Positions 13,361 through 27,029 of a DNA stretch of 64,000 nucleotides are shown here, one piece after another (position 1 is the stretch's first letter; the number at the start of each line of letters is the position of its first letter). This stretch comes from the human T2T-CHM13v2.0 reference genome, Homo sapiens. The DNA lies in the NCBI RefSeq assembly GCF_009914755.1, contig NC_060948.1. The stretch is one strand, 5' to 3'. The notes below the pieces were generated by a model that worked only from the letters and a program-made list of their open reading frames with translations, did not search any database and was not told the DNA's origin. The position numbers were made by a program, and so were the translations under genes.

Positions 13361-14006
13361 TATGATAAGCAAAATTTCTAAAATGATCTCCCAGGGATGT
13401 CTCACCTTAATCCTCAGAACCTGACACAATGATGAGATGTGACTCTTTTGAAAATGTTATATTACATGGCATAGTGGATCCTAAAAAGAGAGCACTTATC
13501 CTAAATAATTTGGTTTGCCCCATGGAATCACATGAACCCTTAAAAGAAGACAGCTTTGTCAGGCTGGTGGCAGAAAAAAAGAAAACCAGAAAGATTTAAA
13601 GTTGTAATGAGATTCAGCACACGATTTCCAGTTTGAGGAAGGAGGTGGCCACATGAGAAGAAATGTGAGCAATCTTAAGAAGCTAAGAGAGCTCCCTGGC
13701 TGGCTGCCAGCAAGAAAAAAGGGCGTCCGTCATATGACCACAAGACACTGAATTTTGCCAACAACTAGAATGAATTTGGAAGTGGTTTTCCCCCAGAGCC
13801 TCCATATAAGAGCCCTTATGTAATTTTACTTTGATTTCCACCCCTTGAAATGTACACCTTAATTTCAACCATGTAATACTTTCAGCACAGAAGTAAGCTG
13901 TGCTGTACTAGACTTAGGACCTAGAGAACTGTGAGCTAATAAATATGTATTGTTTTTAGCTACTAAATTTGTAGTAATTTGTTACACAGGAAATGAAAAC
14001 AAATAT
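13361..14006 (+). mobile_element. MaLR LTR (MLT1E-like)
   Basis: GCTGGCTGCCAGCAAGAAAA...ACTGAATTTTGCCAACAAC...GAACTGTGAGCTAATAAAT...TTTGTAGTAATTTGTTACACAG. Confidence 0.75.
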
Positions 14007-14596
14007 ATTTTTCAAAGCGTAGTTGCCTTGCACCAAAATCAATATATATTCTAGAAGAAAATCAAAACAAATATTTGTGGAGGAAACACTGTGTACTAGA
14101 TGCTCTCAAGTAGAGATTTCAAATTTCCATACATAACCATATTATTTTGGTTTAGTTATGTTCAGACGGTGAGAAGCATTAATAATGCTGTAGCTGATAG
14201 AACTGTAGCCATTAATAATGGCTGTAGCTGATAGAACTATTGGGGTTGCAGTCAGAATCATTTTTAGAAGTTATCCATTTGAAATGTACAATAATCTCTT
14301 TGGTGATACTTCTGTTTTTTAAATGTTAGCAGTTACTTTGGTTTGCTTTGCTTCTGCTAACCACTTACAATTGCTATTAGGTTAACTACTTAACTTATTG
14401 TGAAAAAGAATGGCTTCTTTTAAAGTATTTATAAAGGTGGAATGCACCTAGAAACATAACTTTACCCTTGGACAATATACAGCTATTTCTAAAAATATTG
14501 GGTGAGAGGTATCTTCTGGGGTTATAGACTTCTTGCATCAACTATTTAGAGGGACTGAGTTAGATAACTTATGTTTATGAAGGTTCATTTATAATA

Positions 14597-14875
14597 TTAT
14601 TTAAATAGTTTTTGGGAAACAGGTAGTGTTTGGTTACATGGATAAGTTTTTAGTGGTGATTTCTGTGATTTTGGTGCACCCATCACCCAAGCAGTGTACA
14701 CTGAACCCAATGTGTACCCTTTTATCTCTCACCCCCTCCCACCTTCCCCCTTGAGTCCACAGAGTCCATTACATCATTCTTATTCATTTGCATCCTCATA
14801 GCATAGCTCCCACTTCTAAGTGAGAACATCCTGTGTTTGGTTTATAATTATTGTGTTGCTTCAATTAGAATAATG
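14597..14875 (-). mobile_element. L1PB-type 3'UTR fragment
   Basis: Closely resembles 4744-5040 (GGTTACATGGATAAGTT...GGTGCACCCATCACCCAAGCAGTGTACAC). Confidence 0.8.
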
Positions 14876-15204
14876 AATAGAATAGAATAGAATAGAAGAT
14901 GGATCGGGAAATCCATCTGGTCTTGAGCTTTTTTGGTTGGTAGATTATTTATTACTGCCTCAATTTCAGAACTTGTTATTAGTGTATTCAGGGATTCAGC
15001 TTCTTCCTGGTTCAGTCTTCGGAGGTGTATGTGTCCAGGAATATATCCATTTATTCTAGATTTTCTAGTTTATTTCCATAGAAACGTTTATAGTATTCAC
15101 TAATGTTTGTTTCTATTTCTCTGGGGTCACTGGTGCTATCCCCTTTATCATTTTTTTATTGTGTCTATTGATTCTTCTTTTTCTTATTAGTTTAGCTAGT
15201 GGTC

Positions 15205-16171
15205 TGTGGGGAAAAGCAAGAGAGATCAGATTGTTACTGTGTCTGTGTAGAAAGAAGTAGACATAGGAGACTCCATTTTGTTCTGTACTAAGAAAAATTC
15301 TTCTGCCTTGAGATTCTGTTAATCTATAACCTTACCCCCAACCCCGTGCTCTCTGAAACATGTGCTGTGTCAACTCAGAGTTAAATGGATTAAGGGCGGT
15401 GCAAGATGTGCTTTGTTAAACAGATGCTTGAAGGCAGCATGCTCCTTAAGAGTCATCACCACTCCCTAATCTCAAGTACCCAGGACACAAAAACTGCGGA
15501 AGGCTGCAGGGACCTCTGCCTAGGAAAGCCAGGTATTGTCCAAGGTTTCTCCCCATGTGATAGTCTGAAATATGGCCTCGTGGGAAGGGAAAGACCTGAC
15601 CATCCCCCAGCCCGACACCCGTAAAGGGTCTGTGCTGAGGAGGATTAGTATAAGAGGAAGGCATGCCTCTTGCAGTTGAGACAAGAGGAAGGCATCTGTC
15701 TCCTGCCCGTCCCTGGGCAATGGAATGTCTCAGTATAAAACCCGATTGTATGTTCCATCTACTCAGATAGGGAAAAACTGCCTTAGGGCTGGAGGTGGGA
15801 CCTGCGGGCAGCAATACTGCTTTGTAAAGCATTAAGATGTTTATGTGTATGCATATCTAAAAGCACAGCACTTAATCCTTTACCTTGTCTATGATGCAAA
15901 GACCTTTGTTCACGTGTTTGTCTGCTGACCCTCTCCCCACAATTGTCTTGTGACCCTGACATATCCCCCTCTTTGAGAAACACCCACGAATGATGAATAA
16001 ATACTAAGGGAACTCAAAGGCTGGGGGGATCCTCCATATGCTGAATGCTGGTTCCCCAGGTCCCCTTATTTCTTTCTCTATACTTTGTCTCTGTGTCTTT
16101 TTCTTTTCCAAGTCTCTCGTTCCACCTTACGAGAAACACCCACAGGTGTGGAGGGGCAACCCACCCCTACA
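15205..16171 (+). mobile_element. HERV-K (HML-2) solo LTR, LTR5_Hs-type, 967 bp
   Basis: Starts TGTGGGGAAAAGCAAGAGAGATCAG and ends CAACCCACCCCTACA. Perfect 6-bp TSD GTGGTC at 15199-15204 and 16172-16177. Confidence 0.96.
15734..16001 (+). promoter_or_regulatory. LTR5 TATA-like box (15734), octamer-like ATGCAAA (15894) and polyadenylation signal AATAAA (15996)
   Basis: Motifs are seen at the expected positions in an HML-2 LTR. Activity is not shown. Confidence 0.6.
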
Positions 16172-19100
16172 GTGGTCTACCTATTTTATTATTTTTTTCA
16201 AAAACTGTCTCCTGGATTTATTGATTTTTTGAAGTATTTTTCATATCTCTATCTCCTTCACTTCTGCTTTGATCTTGGTTATTTCTTGTCTTCTAGCTTT
16301 TGAGTTTGTTTGCTCTTGGTTCTCTAATTCTTTTAGTCATGATGTTAGGATGTCGATTTGAGATCTTTCTAGCTTTTTGATGTGGCATTTAGTGCTATAA
16401 ATTTCCCTCTTAACACTGCTTTAGCTATGTCCCAGAGATTCTAGTATGGTGTCTCTTTGTTCTCATTTGTTTCAAGAAACTTCTTGATTTTTTTCCCTTA
16501 ATTTTGTTGTTTACCCAGGAGTCATTCAGAAGTAGGTTGTTCAATTTCTATGTAGTTGTGTGGTTTTGTATGAGTTTCTTAATCCTGAGTTTTAATTTGA
16601 TTGCGCTGTGGTTTGGGAGACTGTTTGTTATGATTTCAGTTCTTTTGCTCTTCCTAAGGAGTGTTTTACTTCTGATTATGTGGTCAATTTTGGAATAAGT
16701 GTCATAGGAGAATATAAATGCTGTTGATTTGGGGTTGAGATTTCTGTAGATGTCTATTAAGTCCACTTGATCCAGAGCTGATTTCAAGTCCTGAATATCG
16801 TTGTTAATCGTCTAATATTGGCAGTAGGGTGTTGAAGTCTCTCACTATTATTGTGTGGGAGTCTAAGCCTCATTGTAGGTCTGCAGGAACTTGTTTTATG
16901 AATCTGGGTGTTCCTGTATTGGGTGCATATTTATTTAGGATAGTTAGCTCTTCTTCTTAAATTGATGCTTTACCATTATGTGATGGACCTTCTTTGTCTT
17001 TTTTGATCTTTGTTGGTTTAAAGCCTATTTTGTCAGAAACTATGATTGCAACCCTTGCTTTTCCTTGTTTTTCATTTGCTTGGTAAAATTTCCTCCACCA
17101 TTTTATTTTGAATCGGTGTGTGTCTTTTCATGTGAGATGGGTCTCTTGAATACAATACATCAAAGGATCTTGACTCTATCCAGTCTGCCATTCTGTGTTT
17201 TTTAATTGGGGCATTTAGTCCATTTACATTGAAGGCTAAATTTGTATGTGTGAATGTGATCCTGTCTTCGTAATGTTAGCTGGTTATTTTGCAGACTTGT
17301 TGATGTAGTTGTTTAGTAGTGTCATTGATCTGTGTACTTCATTGTGTTTTTGTAGTGGCTGGTAACAGTTTTTCTTTTCCATATTTAGTGCTTCCTTCAG
17401 GAGCGTTTGCAAAGCAAGCCTGGTGGTGCTGAATTCTGTCACCATTTGATTGTCTGAAAAAGATTTAATTTCTCCTTTGCTTATGAAGGTTAGTTTGGCC
17501 AGTGAAATTACAGGTTGTAAATTATTCCTTTTAAGAATGTTGAATATTGCCTCCCAATCTCTTCTGGTTAGTAAGGTATCTGCTGAGAGGTCCACTGTTA
17601 GAATGATGGGCTTCCATTTATAGGTGACCTGCCCTTTCTCTCTGGCTGCAGTTAACATTTTTTCCCTCATTTTGACCTTGGAGAATCTGAAGATTATGTG
17701 TCTTGGGGTTGATATTCTCATAGAATAGCTTATTGGGGTTCTCTGGATTTACTGAATTTGAATGTTGGCCTCTCATGCTAGGTTGGGAAAGTTCGCCTGG
17801 ATGATATCCTAAAGTGTGTTTTCCAACTTGGCTTTGTTCTCCCTGTCTCTTTCAGTATCCCATAAATTGGAGGTTCAATCTTTTTACATAATCCCATAGT
17901 TCTCAGAGGTTTTGTTCATTCTTTTTAATTCTTTTTTTTCCTAATCTTTTCTGTCTGACTCATTTCAGCAAGACAGTCTTCAGGCTCTGATATCCTTTCT
18001 TCTGCTTGGTCTATTTGACTATTGATACTTGTGTTTTTATTGTGAAGTTCTCAGGTTCTGTCTTTCAGCTGTACCAGGTTATTTATAATCCTCTCTAAAC
18101 TGGTTACTCTAGTTAACACCTCCTGTAATGTTTTATCAGGATTCTTATCTTCTTTGCGATGAGTTAGAATACATTCCTTTAGCTCAACAAATTTTGTTCT
18201 TATCCATCTTCTGGAGCCTACTTCTGTCACTATATCCATCTCAGCTTCAGCCCATTTCTGTGCCCTTGCTGGAGAAGTGTTGTGATCATTTGGAGGAGAA
18301 GAGGTTGTCCGGCTTTTTGAGTTTTCAGCATTTTTGCATTGATTATTTTTCATCTACATGGGTTTATCTATCTTTAATCTCTGAGGATGCTGAACTTTGG
18401 ATAGAGTTTTTGTGGGGACTTGTTGTTGTTGTTGTTGTTGCTTCCTATTTGTTTTTCTTTTAGCAGTCAGGCCCCTCTACATAGGGCTTCTGTGTCTTGC
18501 TGGGAGTCCACTTCTTACCCTATATGTCTGGGTCCCTCCTGGAGGTACTATCGGTGGAGGCTGCAGAACAGCAAGGGTGGCAGCCTTCTTCTTCCTGTGG
18601 GAGTTCTGTCCCAGAGAGGCACTGACCTGATGTTAGCTGGAACACTCCTGTATGAGGTGTCTGGAGCTCCTGTTGAAAGGTCTCTCACCCAGTCAGAAGG
18701 AGTGGGATTAGGGACCCACTTAAGCAGTCTGGCTGCCTCTTGTCAGTGCAGGTGTGCTGCCCTGGGGAGGATTCCTATTGACTGGGTGTCCCTGATTCTC
18801 CAGAGCCAGCAGCCAGAAAAGATTAAGACAGCTGATCCACAATACCACAGCAGCCCCTCCTAATAGGGGCTGATATCTCAGGGATATCAGAGTTCTGTCC
18901 ATAAATCCCTGGGTGGGAATGCTGAAATTCCCACAGGGAGGACTCTCTGCATGAGAAGGAGTGGATCCAGGTCTCACTTAAAGAAGCAGTCTGGCTACTA
19001 ACTTCCCCAGCCACTGTACTGCACTGTAGAGTATTGCTCCCAAGCCAGAAAACCCAATTTCACTGGCATACAGCAGGGGAAAATGGCTGACTGCAGCCAC

Positions 19101-19710
19101 AGTGATGGTGGCCGCCCCTTTCCTGCCAGAACTTAGTCTGCTTAGGCAGCCTTCAGCCTGCTGCGCTGACCAGTGTGGATGTCAAGCCAGTGATTTTAGC
19201 TTGTGGGGTTCTGTAAGCATGAGGCAGCTTGGCTCCCTGGCTTCAGTCCCCTTCCCTTGGGAGTGAACAAATTTTCTTCCTCATCGGAGTTCCTGGAACC
19301 AGGGTGTGCAAAAAATTCCTGTGTCTCAGTGCCTGTTCAAGTGGTTACCCACCTGAGCAACCCTCATGAGTCTGCACAGCTCTGTGCTTCAGACCACAGG
19401 CCTGGTGGCATGAGCTTATGTGGGGACCTCCTGGTCCACAGCTTCCGAAGACCCATGGGAAAAGCATGGTTTTTAGGAAGAGGTAGCACAGTCCTTCACC
19501 ACTTCCCTTGGCTCAGGGGAGGAAGCACCCTTTGTCATGTGCAGCTCCCAGGTGGGCCCTCACTCCACCTAACTTTTCCTCACTCTCAGTGGGTTGCGCC
19601 AACTGCCTCATCAGTCACAATGAAAGAATCTTGGTACCTCAATTGAAGATGCAGAATTTATCCATGGTTTTCATCCTTTTCGTGAAAGCTGCAATGCAGA
19701 GTTGTTTCTT

Positions 19711-22700
19711 TCTTTTTATTGTTATTATTATACTTTAAGTTCTGGGGTACATGTGTGGAGCGTGCAGTTTTGTTACATAGGTATACATGTGCCATGATGG
19801 TTTGCTGCACCCATCAACCTGTCACTTACATTAGGTATATCTCCTAATGCTATCCCTCCCCTAGTCCCCCACCCATCGACAGGCCCCAGTGTGGGATGTT
19901 CCCCTCCTTAGATTGCAAAATTTTTTTCCCATTCTGTAGGCTGCCTGTTGACTCTGATGATAGTTTCTTTTGCTATGCAGAAGCTCTTTAGTTTAATTAG
20001 ATCCTATTTGTCAATTTTGGCTTTTGTTGCCATTGCTTTTGGTGTTTTAGACATGAAGTCTTTACCCATTCTTATGTCCTGAATGTTATTGCCCAGGTTT
20101 TCTTCTAGGATTTTTATGGTTTTAGTATTTATATTTAAGTCTTTGCTCCATCTTGAGTTAATTTTTGTATAAGATATAAGGAAGGGGTCCAGTTTCAGCT
20201 TTCTGCATATGGCTAGTCAGTTTTCCCAACACCATTTATTAAACAGGGAATCTTTTTCCCATTGTTTGTTTGTGTCAGGTTTGTTGAAGATCAAATGGTT
20301 GTAGATGTGTGGTGTTATTTCTGAGGCCTATGTTCTGTTCCATTTGTCTGTATATTTCTTTTGTACCACTACTATGCTGTTTTCATTACTGTAACCTTGT
20401 AGTACAGTTTGAAGTCAGATAGTGTGATGCCTCCAGCTTTGTTCTTTTTGCTTAGGGTTGACTTGGATATGCAGGCTCTTTTTTTGGTTCCATATGAAGT
20501 TTAAAGTAGTTTTTTCCAATTCTGTGAAGAAAGTCAGTGTTATCTTGATGGGTAGAGCATTGATTCTATAAATTACTTTAGGCAGTATGCCCATTTTCAC
20601 TATATTGATTCTTCCTTTTCATGAGAATGGAATGTTCTTCCATTTATTTGTGTCCTCTCTTCTTTCCTTGAGCAGTGGTTTGTAGTTCTCCTTGAAGAGG
20701 TTCTTCACATCCCTTGTAAGCTGTATTCCTAGGTATTTTTTTCTCTTAGTAGCAATTGTGAATGGGAGTTAACTCATGATTTGGCTCTCTGCCTGTTATT
20801 GATGTATAAGAATGCTTGTAATTTTTGCAAATTGATTTTGTATCATGAGAGTTTGCTGAAGTTTCTTATCAGCTAATGGAGATTTTGGGCTGAGATGATG
20901 GGGTTTTCTAAACATACAATCATGTCATCTGCAAACTGAGACAATTTGACTTCCTCTCTTCCTATTTGAATATGCTTAATTTCTTTCTCTTGCCTGGTTG
21001 CCCTAGCCAGAACTTCCAATATTATGTTGAATAAGAGTGGTGAGAGAAGGCAGCCTTGTCTTGTGCTGGGTTTCAAAGGGAATGCTTCCAATTTTTGTCC
21101 ATTCAGTATGATATTGGCTGTGGGTTTGTCATAAATAGCTCTTATTATTTTGAAATATGTTCCATCAACACCTAGTTTATTGAGCATTTTTAGTATGAAG
21201 GGCTGTTGAATTTTGTCAAATGCCTTTTTTGTGTCTATTGAGATAATCATGTGGTTTTTGTCACTGGTTTTGCTTACCCGATGGATTACTTTTATTGATT
21301 TGTGTATGTTGAACCAGTCTTGCATCCCAGGGATGAAGCTGACTTGATTGTGGTGCATAAGCTTTTTGATGTTCTGCTGTAGTCAGTTTGCCAGTATTTT
21401 ATTGAGGATATTCACTTCAATGCTCATCAGGGATATTGGCCTAAAATTCCATTTTTCTTGTGTCTCTGCCAGGTTTTGGTATCAGGATGATGCTGGCCTC
21501 ATGAAATGAGTTAGGGAGGCTTCCCTCTTTTTCTATTGTTTGGATTAGTTTCAGAAGGAATGGTACCAGCTCCTTTTTTTTTACCTCTGGTAGAATTTGG
21601 CTGTGAATCCGTCTGCTCCTGGACTTTTTTAGTTGGTAGGCTTTAATTACTGAGTCAATTTCATAACTTGTTAATGGTCTTTTCAGGGATTCAAATTCTT
21701 CCTGGTTTAGACTTGGGAGAGTGTACATGTCCAGAAATTTATTCATTTCTTCTAGGTTTTCTAGTTTATTTGAGTAAAGGTGTTTATAGTATTCTCTGAT
21801 GGTAGTTTGTATTTCCAGGGCTCAGTGATGATATTTCCTATATCATTTTTTATTGAGTCTATTTAATTTTTCTCTTTTCTTCTGTATTAGTCTGGCAAGT
21901 GATCTATCTATTTTGTTAATTTTTTTTTCAAAAAAACATCTCCTGGATTCATTGATTTTTTGAAGGGTTTTTTGTGTTTCTATCTCCTTCAGTTCAGCTC
22001 TGATCTTAGTTATTTCTTGTCTTCTGCTAGCTTTTGAATTTGTTTGCTCTTCTCTAGTTCTTTTAATTTTGATGTTTGGGTGTCAATTTGCTTTCTCTTG
22101 TGGGCATTTAGTGCTGTAAATTTCCCTCTACACACTGCTTTAATTGTGTCCCAGAGATTCTGTTATGTTGTGTCTTTGTTCTCATTTGCTTCAAAGAACA
22201 TGTTTATTTCTGCCTTCATTTCATTGTTTACCCAGTAGTCATTCACCAGCAGGTTGTTCAGCTTCCAAGCAGTTGTAAAGTTTTGCGTGAGTTTCTTAAT
22301 CTTGAGTTCTAATTTGATTGCACTGTGGTCTGAGATACAGTTTGTTACAGTTTCAGTTCTTTTGCATTTGCTGAGGATTTCACTTCTTTTGCATTTGCTG
22401 ACCAATTATGTGGTCAATTTTAGAGTAAGTGTGATGAGGTCCTGAAAAAAGTTTATATTTTGTAGATTTGGGGTGGAGAGTTCTGTAGATGTGTATCAGG
22501 TCTGTTTGGTCCAGGACTGAGTTCAAGTCCTGAATATCCTTGTTAATTTTCTGTCTCATTGATCTGCCTAACATTGACAGTGCGTTGTTAAAGTCTCCCA
22601 CTATTATTGTGTGGGAGTCTAAGTCTCTTTGTAGGTCTCTAAGAACTCACTTTATAAATCTGAGTGTGTCTGTATTGGGTGCATATATATTTAGGATAGT

Positions 22701-25406
22701 TAGCTCTTCTGTTGCATTGATTGCTTTACTATGATGTAATGCCCTTCTTTGTCTCTTTTGATCTTTTTTGGTTTAAAGTCTGTTTTATCAGAGATTAGCA
22801 TTGCAACTCCCACTTTTTTTCCTTTTCATTTGCTTGGTGAATATTCCTCCATCCCTTTATTTTGAGCCTGTGTGTGTTTCTGCATGTGAGATGGGTCTCC
22901 TGAATACAGCACACCAATGGGTCTTGACTCTTTATCCAATTTGCCAGTCTGTGTCTTTTAATTGGGGGCATTTAGCCCATTTATGTTTAGGGTTAATATT
23001 GTTATGTGTGAATTTGATCCTGTCATTATAGTATTAGCTGGTTATTTTGCCCATTAGTTGATGAAGTTTTTCCCTAGCATTGATGATCTTACAGTTTGGC
23101 ATGTTTCTGCAGTGGCTGGTACTGGTTGTTGCATTCCATATTTAGTGCCTCCTTTAGCAGCTCTTGTAAGCCAGGTCTAGTGGTGACAAAATCCCTCAGC
23201 ATTTGCTTTTCTGTAAAGGATTTTATTTCTCCCTCACTTATGAAGCTTAGTTTTGCTGGATATGAAATTCTGCTTTGAAAATTATTTTCTTTAAGAATAT
23301 TGAATATTGGCCCCCACTCTCTTCTGGCTTGTAAAGTTTCTGCAGAGAAATCCACTGTTAGTCTGATGGGCTTCCCTTTGTGGGTTACCCGACCTTTCTC
23401 TCTGGCTCCTTTAGCATTTTTTTCTTCATTTCAACCTTGGTGAATCTGAAGATTATGTATCTTGGGGTTGCTCTTCTTGAGGAATATCTTTGTGGTGTTC
23501 TCTGTACTTCCTGAATTTGAATGTTGGCCTGTCTTGCTAGGTTGGGGAAGTTCTGGGTAATATCCAGAAGAGTGTTTTCCAACTTGGTTCCATTCTCCCC
23601 ATCACTCTCAGGTATAGCAATCAAATGTAGGTTTGGTCTTTTCCCATAGTCCGGTATTTCTTGGAGGCTTTGTTTCTTCCTTTTTATTCTTTTTCCTGTA
23701 ATCTTTTCTTCTCACTTTATTTCATTAAGTTGATCTTCAATCACTGATATCTTTTATTCCACCCGATCAATTTGGCTATTGATACTTGTGTATGCTTCAT
23801 GAAGTTCTCATGCTGTGTTTTTCTGCTCCATCAGGTCATTTGTGTTTTTCTCTAAAGTGATTATTCTAGTTAGCAATTCGTCTAATCTTTTTTCAATGTT
23901 CTTACCTTCCTCGCGTTGGGTTAGAATATGCTCCTTTAGCTCAGAGTTTATTACCCATCTTCTGAAACCTACTTCTGTCAATTCAACAAACTCATTCTCC
24001 ATCCAGTTTTGTTCCCTTGCTGGTGAGGAGTTGTGATCCTTTGCAGGAGAAGAGGCATTCTAGTCTTTTGAATTTTCAGCCTTTTTGCACTGGTTTCTCC
24101 CCTTGTTTGTGGATTTATCTACCTTTTTGTCTTTGATGTTGGTGACCTTAGGATGGGGTCTTCTGGTGGACATGCTATTCTTTTCTGTTTGTTAGTTTTC
24201 ATTCTAACAGTCAGGCCCCTCTACTTCAGGTCTGCTGGAGTTTCCTGGAGGTCCACTCCCTACCCTGTTTGCTGGGTATCACCAGCAGAGGCTGTACAAT
24301 AGCAAAGATTGCTGCCTGTTCTTTCCTCTGGAAGCTTTGCTTCAGAGGGGCACCTGCCAGATGCCAGCCAGAGCTCTCCTGTTTGAGATGTCTGTTAGCC
24401 CCTACTGGGAGGTGTCTCCCAGTCAGAATACATGGGGGTCTAGGACCCACATGAGGAGGCATTCTGACTCTTAGCAGAGCTTGAATGCTTTGCTGGGAGG
24501 TCGGCTGCTCTTTTTAGAGTCATTGGCCAGGGACATTTAAGTCTGATGAAACTGCACCCACAGTTGCCCCAGGTGCTCTGTCCCAGGGAGATGGGGGTTT
24601 TATCTATATGCCCTTGACTGGGGCTGCTGCCTTTTTTTCAGAGATGCCCTTCCCCAAGAGGATAAATTTGGCAGTCTGGCCACAGCAGCCTTGGTGAGCT
24701 GCAGTGGGATCTACCCAGTTTGAACTTCCTGGCTGCTTTGTTTACACTGTGAGGTGTAAACACCTACTCAAGCCTCAGCAATGATGGATGCCCCTCCTCC
24801 CACCAAGCTCCAGTGTCCCATGTTGATCTCAGACTGCTGCTGTCCTGGCAGCAAGAATTACAAACCAGTGGATCTTAGTTTGCTGGGCTCTGTGGGAGTG
24901 GGACCCGCTGAGCCAGACCACTTGGCTGCCTGGCTTCAGCCCCCCTTTCCAGGGGAGTGAACAGTTCTGTCTCACTGGTGTTCCAGGCACCACTGGCGTA
25001 TGGACAAACAAAAACAACAAAAAAGGCTCCTGCAGCTAGTTCTGTGTCTGCCCAATGGGCAGTTTTGTGCTTGAAACCAAGCACCCTGGTGGGGTAGGCA
25101 TCAGAGGGAATCTCCTAGTTTACAGGTTGCAAAGACTGTGAGGCAAGTGCAGTATCTGGGCTGGAGTGTGAATGCTTCCTCAGGCTCAGACTCTCATGGC
25201 TTACCTTGGGTAGGGGGGAAAATTCCCTGATCCCTTGCACTCCCTGGGCAATGTGAAGCCCCACCTGGCTTCAGCCCACACTCCGTGGGCCATACCCACT
25301 GTCCAACCAGTCCCAGTGAGATGAACTGTGTACCTCAGTTGGAAATGCAGAAATCACCTGCCTTTGAGCAGAGCTGTTTCTCTTCAGCCATCTTGGCTTC
25401 TCTCCC
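19711..25406 (-). mobile_element. Near full-length L1PA (PA7/PA8-like) with a deletion of about 0.7 kb near the 3' end
   Basis: 3' end TATACTTTAAGTTCTGGGGTACATGTG. RT fragment 20873-21358 (SQFADDMIV), ORF1 fragments 23089-24002 and 5' end CAGCCATCTTGGC. Sequence jumps at about 19908. Confidence 0.92.
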
Positions 25407-27029
25407 AGTATGGCCTTTTCTACTAGAATCTTATTTTCTACCTCTTCACTCTACCTGGCCACTATGGCTCTTTCCCATTCTAGTTTAAATTACTTCTATC
25501 AGTGGTTAGTCTATATTTATCTTTTTTCTCTCCAAATTATTTGTTAAAAACTGCCCCCATTTTAGATAAATGTTCCTCCTTTAAATATTCCTTTTGTCAA
25601 TTAAATTCAGTAGTGAATTAAGCACCCACTATTATAATGTTGTATTTTATTTGTATTTGTAAAGTTTTATATTTACACCTCCTTTTAGCATTTTGGCAAT
25701 AATAAAAATAAAAAGCCGGTCATTAACTTTCATAACTTTATCATTTGAAATTTGTCAGGAAGGTAAGAAGGATGTAAAGTATTTAAAACAAACTGCAGTA
25801 TGTATTATCCTTAAGGAAGTAATAGTTTATTTCTAGTATTTTTCTCATGGATGGTGTTTCCTAGGTAACATTGGAACTTTTCTATTTTTGCCTAGATTTC
25901 TTTCCTTATCTCAGGTGGGAAGCACACAGAGTTGGCTGATTACCCAAAGAGAGTTCAGAGTCCTTGATTAGACTCATCCGCTCTTAGGTATGTGGCACTG
26001 AGTTCACTTTCCTGAGTATGTGTGAGACTGATTTTCTTAGAATAGTTTATTCTTTGCTGGAGATAGAACATCTTGCAAAGATCTTGTGTCTCTGTTTTCT
26101 CTAGACATTCCCTCTCTGGTGTGCAGACCCACATTCAGGAAACCAGATTGTAGATGACAAGGTTGAAATTCAGAACAAAAGTCCTAGGGGAAGTATTCAG
26201 GGATGTTTCATCAAGCTCTGGAAGCCTGAAGAGTTACTTTTCTTTAAAGGGCAGATCTGTTTTAAAAAATGAGCTGTGTGACTGAAGAATGACCCTATAA
26301 TGCCTAGCCTCCTGAGTGCCCTGACTTGTTTTTTTAAAATAATCAAAGCGCTCTGGTCTCAGTCAAATTAAAAATGCTTCCTTCTCTCCCTATTTTTCCT
26401 TTCCAAGTTTTTCCTGATTGTTAATTGGCTCCATTTAATTCTTCTGTAGTATCAATTTCTGTAATTGGCCTGTTTAATTTATCAAATAGCGTTTTGTTTT
26501 CTAAGGCTCTGGGTTAAGAAAGTGAATTACAGGAGCAACAGTCTTTTCTTTAAGGGACTCACAGACTAATAGAGGAGGTAGTAATGTAAAATAATAATTA
26601 CCTAATAAAGTGGAAAGTGATGTTTATAATAGAAATATGACATTATGAAAATAAGAATATGGTTGGTCTTACCCATTATGCCTAAGATACCATGTAGTAT
26701 AGGAGGGAAAAACCATTTAATCCTCTCTAAATAAGGCTTCAATCTAAATAAAATGTCTTCACAAATCTAATAACCACACCCTTTCAGTAAAGAAGCCTTT
26801 CTCTATATAGAAACTGATATTTATTACATGAATTATAGCGTAGATGGTATGTGATACTTTCTGTTGTTTTTCACAGAGTCTCCTGGACTTTGTGTTGTTT
26901 TGATTGCTATATATACTTAGTTAACTTTGTTTGAATCACTAGAGATGCTTATGTCAAATGAAATTAAAACCTCCAGATTTCCGTTAATTTATTTCTTTGT
27001 CCACATCTTTAAGCATGTTAGCCAACTAA

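Larger units (their letters stand above)
14909..19710 (-). mobile_element. Older L1PA-type element (5'UTR, ORF1, N-terminal ORF2), interrupted by the LTR5 insertion
   Basis: ORF-track fragments 16548-16787 (endonuclease, TYSKIDHII) and 17284-17721 and 18051-18353 (ORF1, TPRHIIFRFSKV). GC-richer 5'UTR ends in CCTCAATTGAAGATGCAG...GAGTTGTTTCT. Confidence 0.9.
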
